A stretch of 60,280 nt of DNA, counting the filler, from Globobulimina sp. (lineage: Eukaryota), in assembly GCA_003354225.1 (NCBI GenBank). It is 11 parts of 11 records of this genome, joined end to end, with 100 filler letters (N's around TTAATTAATTAA, not from the genome) between each part and the next. Parts side by side here need not be neighbours in the genome. Positions count along the whole stretch, not along the records: positions 32,961 to 38,347 come from PIVH01000601.1; positions 38,448 to 43,832 come from PIVH01000602.1; positions 43,933 to 49,316 come from PIVH01000603.1; 8 more parts are not named here. One strand, written 5' to 3'. Positions 33,369 through 46,900 of this stretch are shown one piece after another. Position numbers and translations under genes: made by a program. Position 1 is the first letter of the stretch; every line of letters begins with the position of its first letter. Below the pieces are notes generated by a model. That model had not been told where the DNA came from. It searched no databases and saw nothing but the letters and a program-made list of their open reading frames with translations.

Positions 33369-34832
33369 ATGCTACACCACTTTGCTCGTAGTTCATTATT
33401 TTGCAAAATAGCTCAAAATCGTTGTTTATGCCTTCAAAACATCCGCTGTTGCAATACAGCTCAACCTGAACCAAATGAAGCATCATACGAAGCAGCAGAC
33501 ATTAACATTCACGCAAGAAAAGTTGATAAAATACCAACACGGAAACCAGCATTTTCGAATGATACAATATCATTAATTGAAACCCCATCATTATTGTTAA
33601 ATATGCAGCAATTACAAAATAACATAAATTCTATGAACAATTACATCGATACAAGCCCAAATAAAGTAATATTACGACCCATAACAAACATTCATAAGTC
33701 ATCCGATATTATTCAACTCCAATTAAAAATGCATAATCAGCCAACTGGCTCAACAAAGAAAATAAGAATGGAAGGAATTGGTTGCTCCACAATAAACGAA
33801 TCAGAATTATTAATAAACTCTGCATCAAATTTTTTATCACCAAACACCGAGTACAAAATACGCGATATATTATTATGTAATATCTGCATAGATTTGCCAA
33901 AGATGTGTCGCTTTGTGCAATTATATGATACAACTGTTTCAAATATGCGATTATCAACGTTTATTGATGATATTTTCCAAATACATTTATGGAATTATAC
34001 AATGGATGAATTTAAAAAAACAAATCAAAATATTTCGAATTTACATAGTTCTTCGTCTGGCGATGGAAGAATGCATCAAAGCGCTTATTTAAAATTAGGT
34101 ATCACGCATTTTTATGTTATTTAAACTGCAAAAAAAAACTATATATAAAAAGGTGTAATGCTGGTTTTAAAATCCAAAAATGATGAGCTCGGAATCAATA
34201 TTAACAGTGATGATGGAATAGAAAGTATAAGGGAGATATTTGATGTTCTGAGTGAGTACGGAAATAATTTATATTTTCGGGGATTTCATGTCGATAAAAA
34301 AGATGAAACTGCAAAGGATTGGATATTAAATACAGACAATCAGAAAAGGATAAACGTGGATAGTTATTTTGATAAATTGCACATTGGAAATGTGAATGAG
34401 ATATATGATGATGAATATATTTTTGATAACTGTGGATTAACGATTTTAAGTACAATATCAAATGTTTATTATGAAGGGGATAAATTCATACATTTGTTAG
34501 ATTGTGGTTATAATAGTTATGCCGATCTACCATTGGAAATTGCCAAATATCATCGACCAAACTATGTATTAAATAATGATACATCATTATCAACAATGAT
34601 TATGTCCGATGAATTGAATACATATAAATGTGAGATTGTAAATAATAACAATAATCAACATAATACATTATTAATCTGTGATAATGAGTTGGATGTTGGT
34701 GGCAAAGTTGAGTTAGTACCGAATGGGTATAATGCAACTGTAAATTTATACAATTATTTTACTATCGTAAATAATGACAAACAAAATGTTGAAGCAGTAT
34801 GGCAAATTGATGCACGAGGCCCTGGCCATTGA
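33369..34832 (+). CDS. DSD1/D-threonine aldolase-like (fold-type III PLP family) protein, degenerate active site, 2 exons
   Basis: IETPSLLLNMQQLQNNI, LRPxxxxHKS, GIGCSTINESE, VGGKVELVP...TVNLY, WQIDARG. Intron 34099-34152. Confidence 0.75.
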
Positions 34833-35006
34833 TATGTGCGTAAAGTTTTTGAGTAAGTGTAGTCGATCTAAGATTATATTATTAATTTAAAAAAAAACGA
34901 TGATTCTGTTGCACGTGTTTCTAACACAACAGCATCGTTCTGACTGCTTCAACTTTCATGATAACCGTTTTTTAATAGCTAGTGATCTAGCCATCAGTGT
35001 TTAACA

Positions 35007-36290
35007 ATGGCGGATTTGCAATATGAAGAGAAACTAAATGCATTTTTTAAGACATTTGAGATTCCATCGCTATGGAATATTCATTTACTACAGACATCAA
35101 CAGCAAAATGGCAGCCATTGGCGAAACCAGCAAACATAGCAAAAAAAAGTAGCGATTTATTATTTTACAGTTCAATGACTGATAATAGAGATTATATAAT
35201 AATAATAACAAAACGAGGAATTGATAGATTTGATTTACAAGACAATACAAGCACTCATTTAACAGATTTCCCCGATAATTTAAAATGTAAAGGATGTGAA
35301 GTTGCAATAAATTGTAACAACGGTGACTTATATTTAATTGGCGGTGCATCGAAATGTTTTGCTATTTATAATACGGAAACAAATGAATGGGACATAAAAT
35401 GCTTGAATAAAGATGTTGATCGAGCAAAAAGTAACGCATATTCAATAAGTTCCGTTGATAATTTACCAAAAATCATTGATAACATATTATATGTAAGCGG
35501 TTGGGACAGCAATCGATGGTATAATTCACAGCACGATACATTCATTGATATCTCACAAGAAAATACAAGTGTTTCCGCCACACCATCAACGAATAAAGAA
35601 ACAAAAATAATTTATAATCGTTCCTTAAATAAATATATTCATTTTGGATCAGATTCTTCTTATTTATTTAGCTCAAATTTATCAAATGAAATTTGGTTTT
35701 TTGGTAAACATGAAAACAACGAATGTTTATGGTATTTGAGGTATGTTTTTATAAATATATTTAATATATTTTATATGTAATAATAATTTAAATAAAGTGG
35801 TATTGGATTACCATCCATTTACAAGAGAATGACATTAAAATTTGTATTATCCTTTGAAAGCATTATTATTTTAATATATTTCTCCAAAGACGATGCTCTG
35901 AGTAATGATAATATGTTAGATTTACAAAATGAAGTTTGGTGCTTAGATTTGCAAACAAATGAATGGTTCAAAGGGAAAGCCAATTTGGATGTGATTGAGG
36001 ATGAGGATAAGGACAATGATGCAAATAATAAAAATAATAATTTTGACCAATATAAATTATTTATTACCTATGATGGGGAAATACATTTAATTAAATTACA
36101 TGGTGAGAATACCATGCATTTATTTATGCATTTATGTGATATTTTAGATGATAAATTATATCAAAGATATGCTCAAAAATATGATTGTTTGGTCAAAGGA
36201 TTTATTAAAAATATAGCAAAAGAGATTAATCAAGCGATTGATTACTCTTTTTTACCGTTAATGTTATCCTGTTATACCATCTTCAAATAA
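35007..36290 (+). CDS. Kelch-like beta-propeller hypothetical protein, 2 exons
   Basis: LYLIGG..FAIYNTETNEW, LYVSG, VWCLDLQTNEW, GEIHLI. Intron 35741-35797 restores frame. Confidence 0.65.
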
Positions 36291-36390
36291 ACGTGTGTGA
36301 TTTGTTGCATTTGCTTGACTTTTTAAATGTGCTTTGTTTTGCTGTACCAGCAAAACTTTTAATTTCTCACATCAAACCCACTGCAACGCC

Positions 36391-37975
<1,585 letters not shown>

Positions 37976-38028
37976 TGTTTGACTAACAAAAAATATTTAA
38001 AATGTTTTCTCGTTTTTGTCAATTGCGA

Positions 38029-38217
38029 TTATAGAAACAGTTTGTTGCAAAATATTGCTATGTTTGAGTATATTCTAACAATGACACTGTACAATGCGTG
38101 GAAGTACTCGATATCCACTCTGTCTTCAATTGTTTCAAAAACAAGTTTTTTAACGCCATTCACAGAAAATGACAACTTTCTTTCATCCAAATCCAAAAAC
38201 ATTCCAATAATATCATA
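38029..38217 (-). CDS. SPRY/B30.2-like C-terminal fragment (last exon or gene remnant)
   Basis: Translates YDIIGMFLDLDERKLSFSVNGVKKLVFETI, resembling the SPRY GDVIGxxLDLDxxxLSFxxNG pattern; preceded by an in-frame TAA. Confidence 0.45.
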   Translation of the reverse strand, partial: YDIIGMFLDLDERKLSFSVNGVKKLVFETIEDRVDIEYFHALYSVIVRIYSNIAIFCNKLFL

Positions 38218-38447
38218 TTAGTGTCGAATATTGTGCATTTGATTCATTTTTAATACCATTATAACTTTTCATCATTGATTCTATTTCTTTTTTCGCTCTC
38301 TTTAGTTCTTGTTGTATTGCTGAGGAACAGTCGTTTCTGTCATTTATNNNNNNNNNNNNNNNNNNNNNNNNNNNNNNNNNNNNNNNNNNNNTTAATTAAT
38401 TAANNNNNNNNNNNNNNNNNNNNNNNNNNNNNNNNNNNNNNNNNNNN

Positions 38448-40718
38448 TCATTTCGAAATTTTCGACAATATTTAGCTCCATCGCATATTTTAAACAATAC
38501 TAAAATTATACCCAATAAAAATTATACGAGAGAGAACATGGATAAAATTACAAAGTATTGGAGTGGCTATGGTGAAGGGATGTATAATGATAAAGTGTTA
38601 CCGTTTAAATTTTATTACAGTGTACCCAATGAGAATGGTGATGGATGGATCAGTTGCCAGACGATTAACGTTCACATTAAATCATGCTGCAAAAGTTAAT
38701 TATATTTGTACAAAAGTTATACTTCTACAGCACATTTTTTGTTTGTTGTTTTGTTGTTATTTAAGGTGATGGCAACAACATCATTAAGTACAATATTTTC
38801 ATTTATCGGGAATACAACCTCTAAATTCCCAGCAGTTTATACCTTTGGCGCTTTTTCAGCCTGGTTAGTGTTTGTAAATTATTGTGCAGTGGTTCTATTT
38901 TATCCGACCGTGTTAGTGATTCATGACAAATATTTTTATACTCCCAATCTAAAGCGACCATGGTGTTATAATAAAAATTGTTCAATAGCAAAATCTAAAT
39001 ATGACATTGCAAAAGGAGCTAAAACGTGTTATAATGTTAAATTGAATGATGAAATGAAACAAAGAAGAATTGATCAATGGTTTGAAGATGTATATTATTG
39101 TAGATTTATTCGGAAGTTTAAACATATCATATTAATAATCTTTGGTTTAATATTGTTATTATTTGGTTACTATGCAAGTGGGTTAGAGCCAGATCCCAAT
39201 GTACCACAAATATTTCCATCAGGCACTAATTACCAAGAATATCGAAGTGATTTATCATCACATTTTGCCACAGAAAATGCATTTCAAATGACAAATTATT
39301 TAATATTTGGACTAAAAGGTATTGATCGCTCAGGAACCGATGCGACGTTAATCGATGATATTGGCAGTCCAATTTACGACGAGAAGGTATCATTTGCTTT
39401 GGCCGAGGAACAGCAATATATTGCACAAATTTGTGATGATTTGTTATGTGGATACAAATCCTATGATTGCCGATATAAGTCCATTTGGTCCGATTTGAAG
39501 GTAATAAATCCAGATGAAACGTTTGGTAGTGATGCTTCCTCGGACATAAAAGTTGTAAAATGTTTTATGACAGAGTTCAGACAATGGGTCCAAACAGAAC
39601 CAGTCGCAAAATTAAATAGGAGCCATATTATTCATATTGTAGATGAATACAATTTAGATATTAATGCATCAGTGTTTGATGAATGTGTATTTGATGGAAC
39701 ATTTCCAGTACAATATCCACAATGTTTTGGCTTATTATTCGCATTTGTTTGGATGAATCAAGAAATTCCAACTTCAAATCCGGACTATTCGGCTGGTACT
39801 ACAAATTATGATTATTGGAAAGAATATATATGGGCAACAAAACAAGACGTCGGTCCAGTAGCAGATGCTCTCACTCTCAACGCGAAAGTACGGTTTATAC
39901 AAATATCGATTTTGTTGGATTTATATGCAAATACAGCATACACGGAAGGCATATATGCTTATGATAAATGGGAAGAATATGTATTAAAATGGAGAGACAA
40001 TACGGATGGTTCCGTATCAATGGATAAATATTCAAATGATTTTGTAAAAACACCGTCAAGCTTAAAATCAATGTCATTTACCGACGTAGGGAAATTTGCG
40101 TATTTCTTTCTCCAAAAACAAATAATTGGCGAAGCATTTGTAGGCATATTTTTAAGTTTGACATTAGCATTAATTGTATTGATTTTTGCGACAAACAATT
40201 ATATTATTTCGTTAATGTGCGTATTTGTAATCTTTTGCATTGTAGTTTGTGTGATTGGTTTTACTGTTTTGATGGGCTGGAAATTGGGGGTCATAGAAGC
40301 AATAATATTTGTATTAGTGGTTGGAATGTCCGTAGATTATGTTGTCCATTTAAGTGAAGCGTATTTATCATCGAAAAAATATTTTAAATCTGTTGATAAA
40401 GCAAAATCTATGTTGGGTATTGTTGGTGGAAGTGTGTTGTCGGGCGGATTGAGTACAATTATTGGTGTTTCCTGGTTATGTTTAGCGGATATTGGATTGT
40501 TGAATAAATTTGGTATAACCATATTATTTCTAATTACTACTTCGTTATTATATGCATTATGTGCATTTTCTGCCTTTGTTTCAGTCTTTGGACCAAATGG
40601 TAACAAAGGCAACGTGTTCATGATCTTTTTAAGATGTTATAAATCGTGTAATTGTTGTCAACATCGGAAAAATGGAAATCTGGATAATAAGAATATTAAT
40701 CTTGTTGAGATTGCATAA
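38448..40718 (+). CDS. Dispatched/Patched-like RND sterol-sensing-domain membrane protein; 5' partial
   Basis: RRLTFTLNHAAK|VMATTSLST (intron 38695-38765), FYPTVLVI, large luminal loop, GWKLGVIEAI..LVVGMSVDYVVHL, GGSVLSGGLST. Confidence 0.85.
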
Positions 40719-41009
40719 ACAAACTGAATCCTTGAAGTAGATCGTATAATTTATATTTGATGTAGTTCACCTCGTTTTAAAAATGAGATCATCACCAAGT
40801 GGTTCTAACTCGTCATATTCTAAAGTATACATTCAGAGCAGTTTGTATCCAGCGGGTATTTATTTATGAACACTGCAAATTCTTCATTCCACACCTCTCT
40901 AGTCATATATATGCAATTTATAATTCATTTGAAAAAAATCTTTTGCATAAAATTATTAGCCAGTAAAAAAATTGCACTTTCTGTGTTACAGTGTGACTTT
41001 GTTCATCTA

Positions 41010-41296
41010 CATACTGTTGATGTATGGCAGAAACCAAAAAAACGAACCATGATGATCGGACGATGCTTTGAGAACTTGTTATTTGGCACTAATACGTGTA
41101 TAGTGCTGCATTATTAGTTTCTCCAGATTTTTAGTATTGTGCACCGATTAGATTGCACTTTGTGGTGCGCACCGATATTGTAAAAATGGTGCGCACCGGT
41201 TGGTTCACGGGAAAGAGTGCTAAAAAAATGGTTATCAAAGCATCGTCCGATCATCATGGTTCGTTTTTTTGGTTTCTGCCATACATCAACAGTATG
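41010..41296. mobile_element. 287-bp MITE with 66-bp terminal inverted repeats and TA flanks (Tc1/mariner-type)
   Basis: 41008-41075 is the reverse complement of 41231-41298 with one mismatch; ends read TA|CATACTG...CAGTATG|TA. Confidence 0.9.
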
Positions 41297-41503
41297 TACA
41301 CAGTCAGAAACATTCTCGTTTTTAAAATTAATTAAACACATACAAATAAACGTATACAAAGAGGGGGTCGTGAACTTTGATTTTATTAATAACTAAAAAA
41401 AAACATTAAAATGACAAACAAATAGAAACAAAAAAGAAAAATAGAATTGAAACAAAAAAGAAATTAAATTGCAAACACAATGCGAATTCTAACAAAAAGA
41501 AAA

Positions 41504-42547
41504 TCATAAAATCATAATATTGTCTCCATCCATACACCATAGATATAAATTGGATATCCACAGAGAGACCCCGGCAGCAATTAATTCCGCCACAATGCAC
41601 CAATAAGAAATCCGGCTCACAAGCTTCACGTCTTCATGTTTATGGGGACATTTCAGTAACAACGCACAGTAATACATCGCAGTCACCATCTGAAGCGCGG
41701 CCAGCATCACTGATAAAAATGTAAAATTCTGATATAACATAAATGCAAATGCGCCTAACCCAAACACACAAAAAGCACCAATGTAATGCATCACCGATGA
41801 TAGCTTCGAATTCTCCGTTTTATTCCAAATCACGCGAATTAACATTCCAATGTCATACATAAAGAATACATACACCGACACCCATTGCACAGCGAGCACC
41901 TTTGAGCCATTATCCGTCCATTCCTTGATTTTAATGACAATGGCAATCAATACCAATGTATATTGCATATAATTCCCCACTAAAAACAGCGAATTGAGAG
42001 GCGAGCCCGGTAAGGTTAAGATATCTGATATAGATTTTATACATTGATTATAAATAGTCTCTATTTTATTTGGCACAGTGAATATTTGATGGCCATAAAT
42101 CTCCATCATATGGTATCGGATGAAATGTAATTGTTTGGCGGAGGTTATTAACACTAATAAAGTGGTGATATAAATGGTTGAATACACGATGCAAAAAATA
42201 CAGATTATCTTGTAAACATTTAAAGGAACGCATATCATAATTATTGCAATTACGATGGCTATGGAGGTTAAACATAATTTCACGATGTGCGATATTAATA
42301 TATAGCGGTCAGCTTTACCGTCATCTTCTGTCGAATCTGCATCGGCTATTTCATTTTCCTCTTTTTGGTCTTCAGCGGCGATTTCATTCTCATCTACTTT
42401 TAGGTCCTCCCCTGCGTTTTCATCCTCCATACAGATGGTATCGGCTCTGCCTCTGTCGTTTTCATCCTTCGCGAGCTGGACAAAGGTGTGGACGCTGTCT
42501 GCTGGGTCGCTAAAGGATGTTCTGACCCTAGTTAAGCTATTTATCAT
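41504..42547 (-). CDS. Multi-pass membrane protein, possibly Frag1/DRAM/Sfk1-like
   Basis: 347-aa ORF, acidic N-terminus, about 8 TM segments; SISD, MHYIGAFCVFG and AELI motifs. Confidence 0.6.
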   Translation of the reverse strand: MINSLTRVRTSFSDPADSVHTFVQLAKDENDRGRADTICMEDENAGEDLKVDENEIAAEDQKEENEIADADSTEDDGKADRYILISHIVKLCLTSIAIVIAIIMICVPLNVYKIICIFCIVYSTIYITTLLVLITSAKQLHFIRYHMMEIYGHQIFTVPNKIETIYNQCIKSISDILTLPGSPLNSLFLVGNYMQYTLVLIAIVIKIKEWTDNGSKVLAVQWVSVYVFFMYDIGMLIRVIWNKTENSKLSSVMHYIGAFCVFGLGAFAFMLYQNFTFLSVMLAALQMVTAMYYCALLLKCPHKHEDVKLVSRISYWCIVAELIAAGVSLWISNLYLWCMDGDNIMIL

Positions 42548-42668
42548 TTTTGAAAATTGTGTTAGTTAAGGTTTTTTTGCTCTAAATCTTTGCTAGTGAA
42601 CCTATGGACCATGGGATATGAGCAATATTAGTACATTTATGATCTAGAATTATTGTGTTCAGTCTAAG

Positions 42669-43814
42669 ATGCTCTCCCCAAATATTCAGAAACTTCCAGT
42701 AAATTCGTACTTACGAATTTTACATAAATCATTGCACCCAAACATATATTCATTTGGATCACTGCAATATCACACTCATTATCATATTTCTAGCCTCCAT
42801 CGCCATCAACATTGGCATTTCTGTGTGCAGACAACAAAAAAGAGACAAGCACAGTTCATCCAGCGGCAAAAAGAAGTCCAACAGCAAGAGATTGAGAAGC
42901 AAGAATTGCAAGCGATATATCCCGGTGATTTATCAGACAGCGAAGACGAATATATACCGGAAGTGGATTGGGATCATACACGATTTGAATCTCATTATAA
43001 ACGAATCTGGCAACAAGAACCCGAACCGGAATCAAACCGCGAACGAATATATGATAAAGTATTGAAATTCTTTGTCATTGGAACATGGATAGTCGGTGGC
43101 GGCTGTTTCTTATTTGGTTGCTTTGCATGGTTTAAAATGAAAAGGCAATTAAGATATGTTCGGAAGACACAAAGGTCGATACGTTTTATGCGCAAAATCT
43201 ATGATAAACACTTAACCAAATTATCACGGCTAATCCCATTGTATTTTGCCACCATGGATGTGAATAATATAAAAAATATATTATTACCGCTATGTGATGT
43301 GGATGAGAGGCATATGTCAGTCGAAAATTTGAATGATAAATGTGAGATATGGCAGGAGTTTATAGCTTTAGAGTTACCGTTAAATGATATCATTGATTAT
43401 GAAGGGAATGGATGCTTAGATGTTGAGGATGTCACTTATTTTATAGCATTGTTACATTATTTTTTAGGGCAAACCCGACGCAAAGGAACGCCGTCGGTGC
43501 GCAGACAAGTTCGCGATGATATATATAAAATGTTGGAGTGTTATAGCGATGGAAATGTAACATTGAAAAATATGGGCTCCTATGCATGCGCCTGTTTTTG
43601 TTTAGCGATCATATCTCCGCCAAATTTAGGGGATGAAACCATTGGTGGACAGACATTGGACGAATTTAAATCAAATTATTGTAAATATATGTTAAGAGAT
43701 GAAGAGATGGAAATTGATACACCGGTTTCGAGAAGAAAGTTTAATTTTATTTATAAAATATGTGATTTTAGTATTGGATTAACGCCTGAAACAAGAGGAC
43801 AATTATCGAAATAA
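42669..43814 (+). CDS. Hypothetical single-TM protein with presequence-like N-terminus and EF-hand-like motif
   Basis: 381-aa ORF; TM FFVIGTWIVGGGCFLFGCFAWF; DYEGNGCLDVED loop. Confidence 0.6.
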   Translation: MLSPNIQKLPVNSYLRILHKSLHPNIYSFGSLQYHTHYHISSLHRHQHWHFCVQTTKKRQAQFIQRQKEVQQQEIEKQELQAIYPGDLSDSEDEYIPEVDWDHTRFESHYKRIWQQEPEPESNRERIYDKVLKFFVIGTWIVGGGCFLFGCFAWFKMKRQLRYVRKTQRSIRFMRKIYDKHLTKLSRLIPLYFATMDVNNIKNILLPLCDVDERHMSVENLNDKCEIWQEFIALELPLNDIIDYEGNGCLDVEDVTYFIALLHYFLGQTRRKGTPSVRRQVRDDIYKMLECYSDGNVTLKNMGSYACACFCLAIISPPNLGDETIGGQTLDEFKSNYCKYMLRDEEMEIDTPVSRRKFNFIYKICDFSIGLTPETRGQLSK

Positions 43815-43932
43815 ATAAATGTGACTTATCTANNNNNNNNNNNNNNNNNNNNNNNNNNNNNNNNNNNNNNNNNNNNTTAATTAATTAANNNNNNNNNNNN
43901 NNNNNNNNNNNNNNNNNNNNNNNNNNNNNNNN

Positions 43933-46900
43933 CAACTCCCATTATATTCAGTTCCAACACTGAGATTACAATGAATAATAATAATTTTCTTGGCAATGCA
44001 CCGATTGAGTGCACGGATGGTGGCAAAATATCTATTTATCAGTCCACATTTAATAATAATAATTATTTGCTGTCTCCGCCAGCCATTTGTGGTGCGCTGT
44101 ATGTTCGGAACAATGTGAATGTGTTTATTGATGATGTCGATTTCATGAATTACACGCAATCATTTTTATGTTTATCCGATTTGAATATGGTGAATATCAC
44201 AAACAGTCGGTTTGAGCACTCCAAAGCCAGTGATTCTGGCATAAATATCTCAAATAGTTCGAGCTGGATCAAATTATCGACGTTCAGCCACTTCCAAGAA
44301 ACGGGTATTTATGGAGTTGGACAAGACACAAATCTGAATATTTTTGATTGCAATTTTTCGAATATTAATGATATGGCGTTGTCTGTCGATGGTTGTGACA
44401 ATGTTCAGATAGTTAATACGGATTTTGATCAATGCCAATCAAAGAATAACGGCGGTTCACTGGCTTCATATTCCACCAATACAATGACCATAATTAATGC
44501 ACAATTTTCCAATGATAAGGCAATGAATAATGGCGGCTCCATTTATATGATCGACACTTCGTTGACTATGACCGACAGCAAATTGGCACAGTGCACTGCA
44601 GATAATAATGGAGGCTGCATTTATATGGATACGAATTCATTCATCTCTATGACAAACATCGTGTTTACGAATGGCAAGGCAATGAATGGCGGCTGTTTGT
44701 ATGTGAATGAGTTGAATAACAATGTGCTTTTCACCAATTTAACCACAAAATCGTGCTTTGCGCATAACAGTGGCGGCGATATGTATGTGTCCATATTGAA
44801 TGACAAAACATTATCCATTTATGATTATAATTCGTTTGATTCGTTCACAAATTCGAGTGCCGCCATTATGTATATTGTCGGTGACAAATCGAATGCATTG
44901 ATATCGAGTGTAAATATCGAAAATATCAATATTAAATCAACGAATATATTGTCGAGCACGAGTTACTATGTAAAGGATGGCATTTATCTGTTAAATTTGA
45001 ACGCGTTTCTCAAGAATTTGGCGATTAATAATAACAATGATATCAGTAATGGCAGCATAATAGTTTGGGAGCGAGACGATGCCGCCATATTGGTGCGAGA
45101 CTATAAGATTGAAATAAATTCTTCCAATTTTACCTCCAACCAAATAACCTCCATTTCCATCGTCAACATTGCAAACGGAGATGAGTTGTATTTATTTAAT
45201 AATCGATTTGAAAATATCCATTCCTATGCGACCTCCGTTCAATATCTCGACTCAAATCAGACGAGAATGCGTTTTGTGGACAATATTTATCAAAATAATG
45301 ATGATTCAGTGACAAACAAGGCATTAATTCAAATTAATCCTGAAAATTATGTCTGTTCCGCCGATTATGAAACAAATGGTTTTATCGTTTTCTTGCATAA
45401 CAACGATTTTACAAACAATAATATTCGGCCATTTGTCGACATCGCCTGTTTAAATGTGCAATTTACGCAAATGCAGGTAAATAATAACAATTTCTCCGCT
45501 CTCTATCCATTTCTAATCAATTCCGAATGGATGAAAATTAGCATTCAAGAATCCACCTTTTCGGACAACAAAGAAAACCTATTTATCACCACAGATTACA
45601 CAATATTTGAGTTTCGAAATTCTGTCATCACTTTGCACGAATCTATGATGGCGAACTTTAATTTGAGTGATACTGTTTGGACAAATATAAATATTACAAA
45701 TTCAATATCAACGGCGGACCCATTTATTTTAATGGCATCCACAAAAAGCAATTTATCCCACGTACGGTTTGAGGACAATTTAGCAACGATTATTGATGCA
45801 GATTATGGTGCCATTGATTTGGTGGATGTTGCTTTGATAAATAATGCAATTAATACTAATCCGTATTTACTGGATTTGCAATATGCCAATGTGTCGGTAA
45901 AAAGGACCAGATTCAAAGAGAATTACTGTGGCTATGGTGTGGATGACAGTTGTTTGCGAACACAAAATTGTTTTATGACTATGGTGTCGTCGCAATTCGA
46001 AGGGAATAACGGCACAAATATCTGGAATGTGGAAGAGACGGATTTGTTTGTTGGAGATAGCACCGTTTATAACGAGAATGGCAACGCCTTTATGTATATT
46101 AGCAACAATTTCACCTCAACCAATTTGATACAAATTGCAAACAGTAACATGTCGTCTTCTTATTTGGATTTCATATTTTGTATTGATGGCATTTTTGATG
46201 CTGCACTGAATGCTAACTATAATAATAAGGGTTCCTCTCTGTTGTTGGACAATATGCGATTTCGTCGGATCCAGTCTGCGGTGATCAAAGCGGACTATTA
46301 TTTGAATGTAAATGTTTCGGACAGCTTGTTTACGACAACTGCATTAAAGGTGCGATTATTGGATGTGAACAGTGATTCGGTTACCTCTTTGATCAAATTC
46401 ACGAGGAACACATTCAAAGAGTATTCCGACCATTTTGCGGAGGAATACCTGTTTTCTGTTCGCAACAATCAGTACAATCCGGTCATCTTCATCTTAGACA
46501 ACAACATATTTGATTGGCAAAGCATTAACATCACCAAATACTATCTGATCACCAACGGCCCCGTTTCCGTGACCATCAAAAACCACACAACCAATGAGAA
46601 TACGGGGCAGTTCGCCAACATCGTGGATCCCAAATACATTCTCATCAAAAACCATAGGTTTGGTCCCGACTTCGACGATTATGCGGTTCATGTCACCCGA
46701 CGCAATGTATCGAGTACGCCCTCTTCGCGCATTGAAATTATTGATTCCATTTTTGAGCACAGCACCACTGACAAAGAAATGTGCCGCTTTTATAATATCC
46801 AGCCAATGGATGTGATCCTCATCAAAGGCACAACATTCATCCATTCTTATTGCAGCATTTATTTTGGCGAAAGCGATGCAGTGAGCAGTAATTATTCGTT

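Noticed and set aside
34896-34939. Small bulged hairpin between the DSD1-like and kelch-like genes
   Set aside because: Short stems (7 and 6 bp) with no supporting motif; could be chance.
40866-41359. Two opposite-strand ORFs sharing HTVDVWQKPKKRTMMIGRCF
   Set aside because: Translation of the MITE terminal inverted repeats, not genes.
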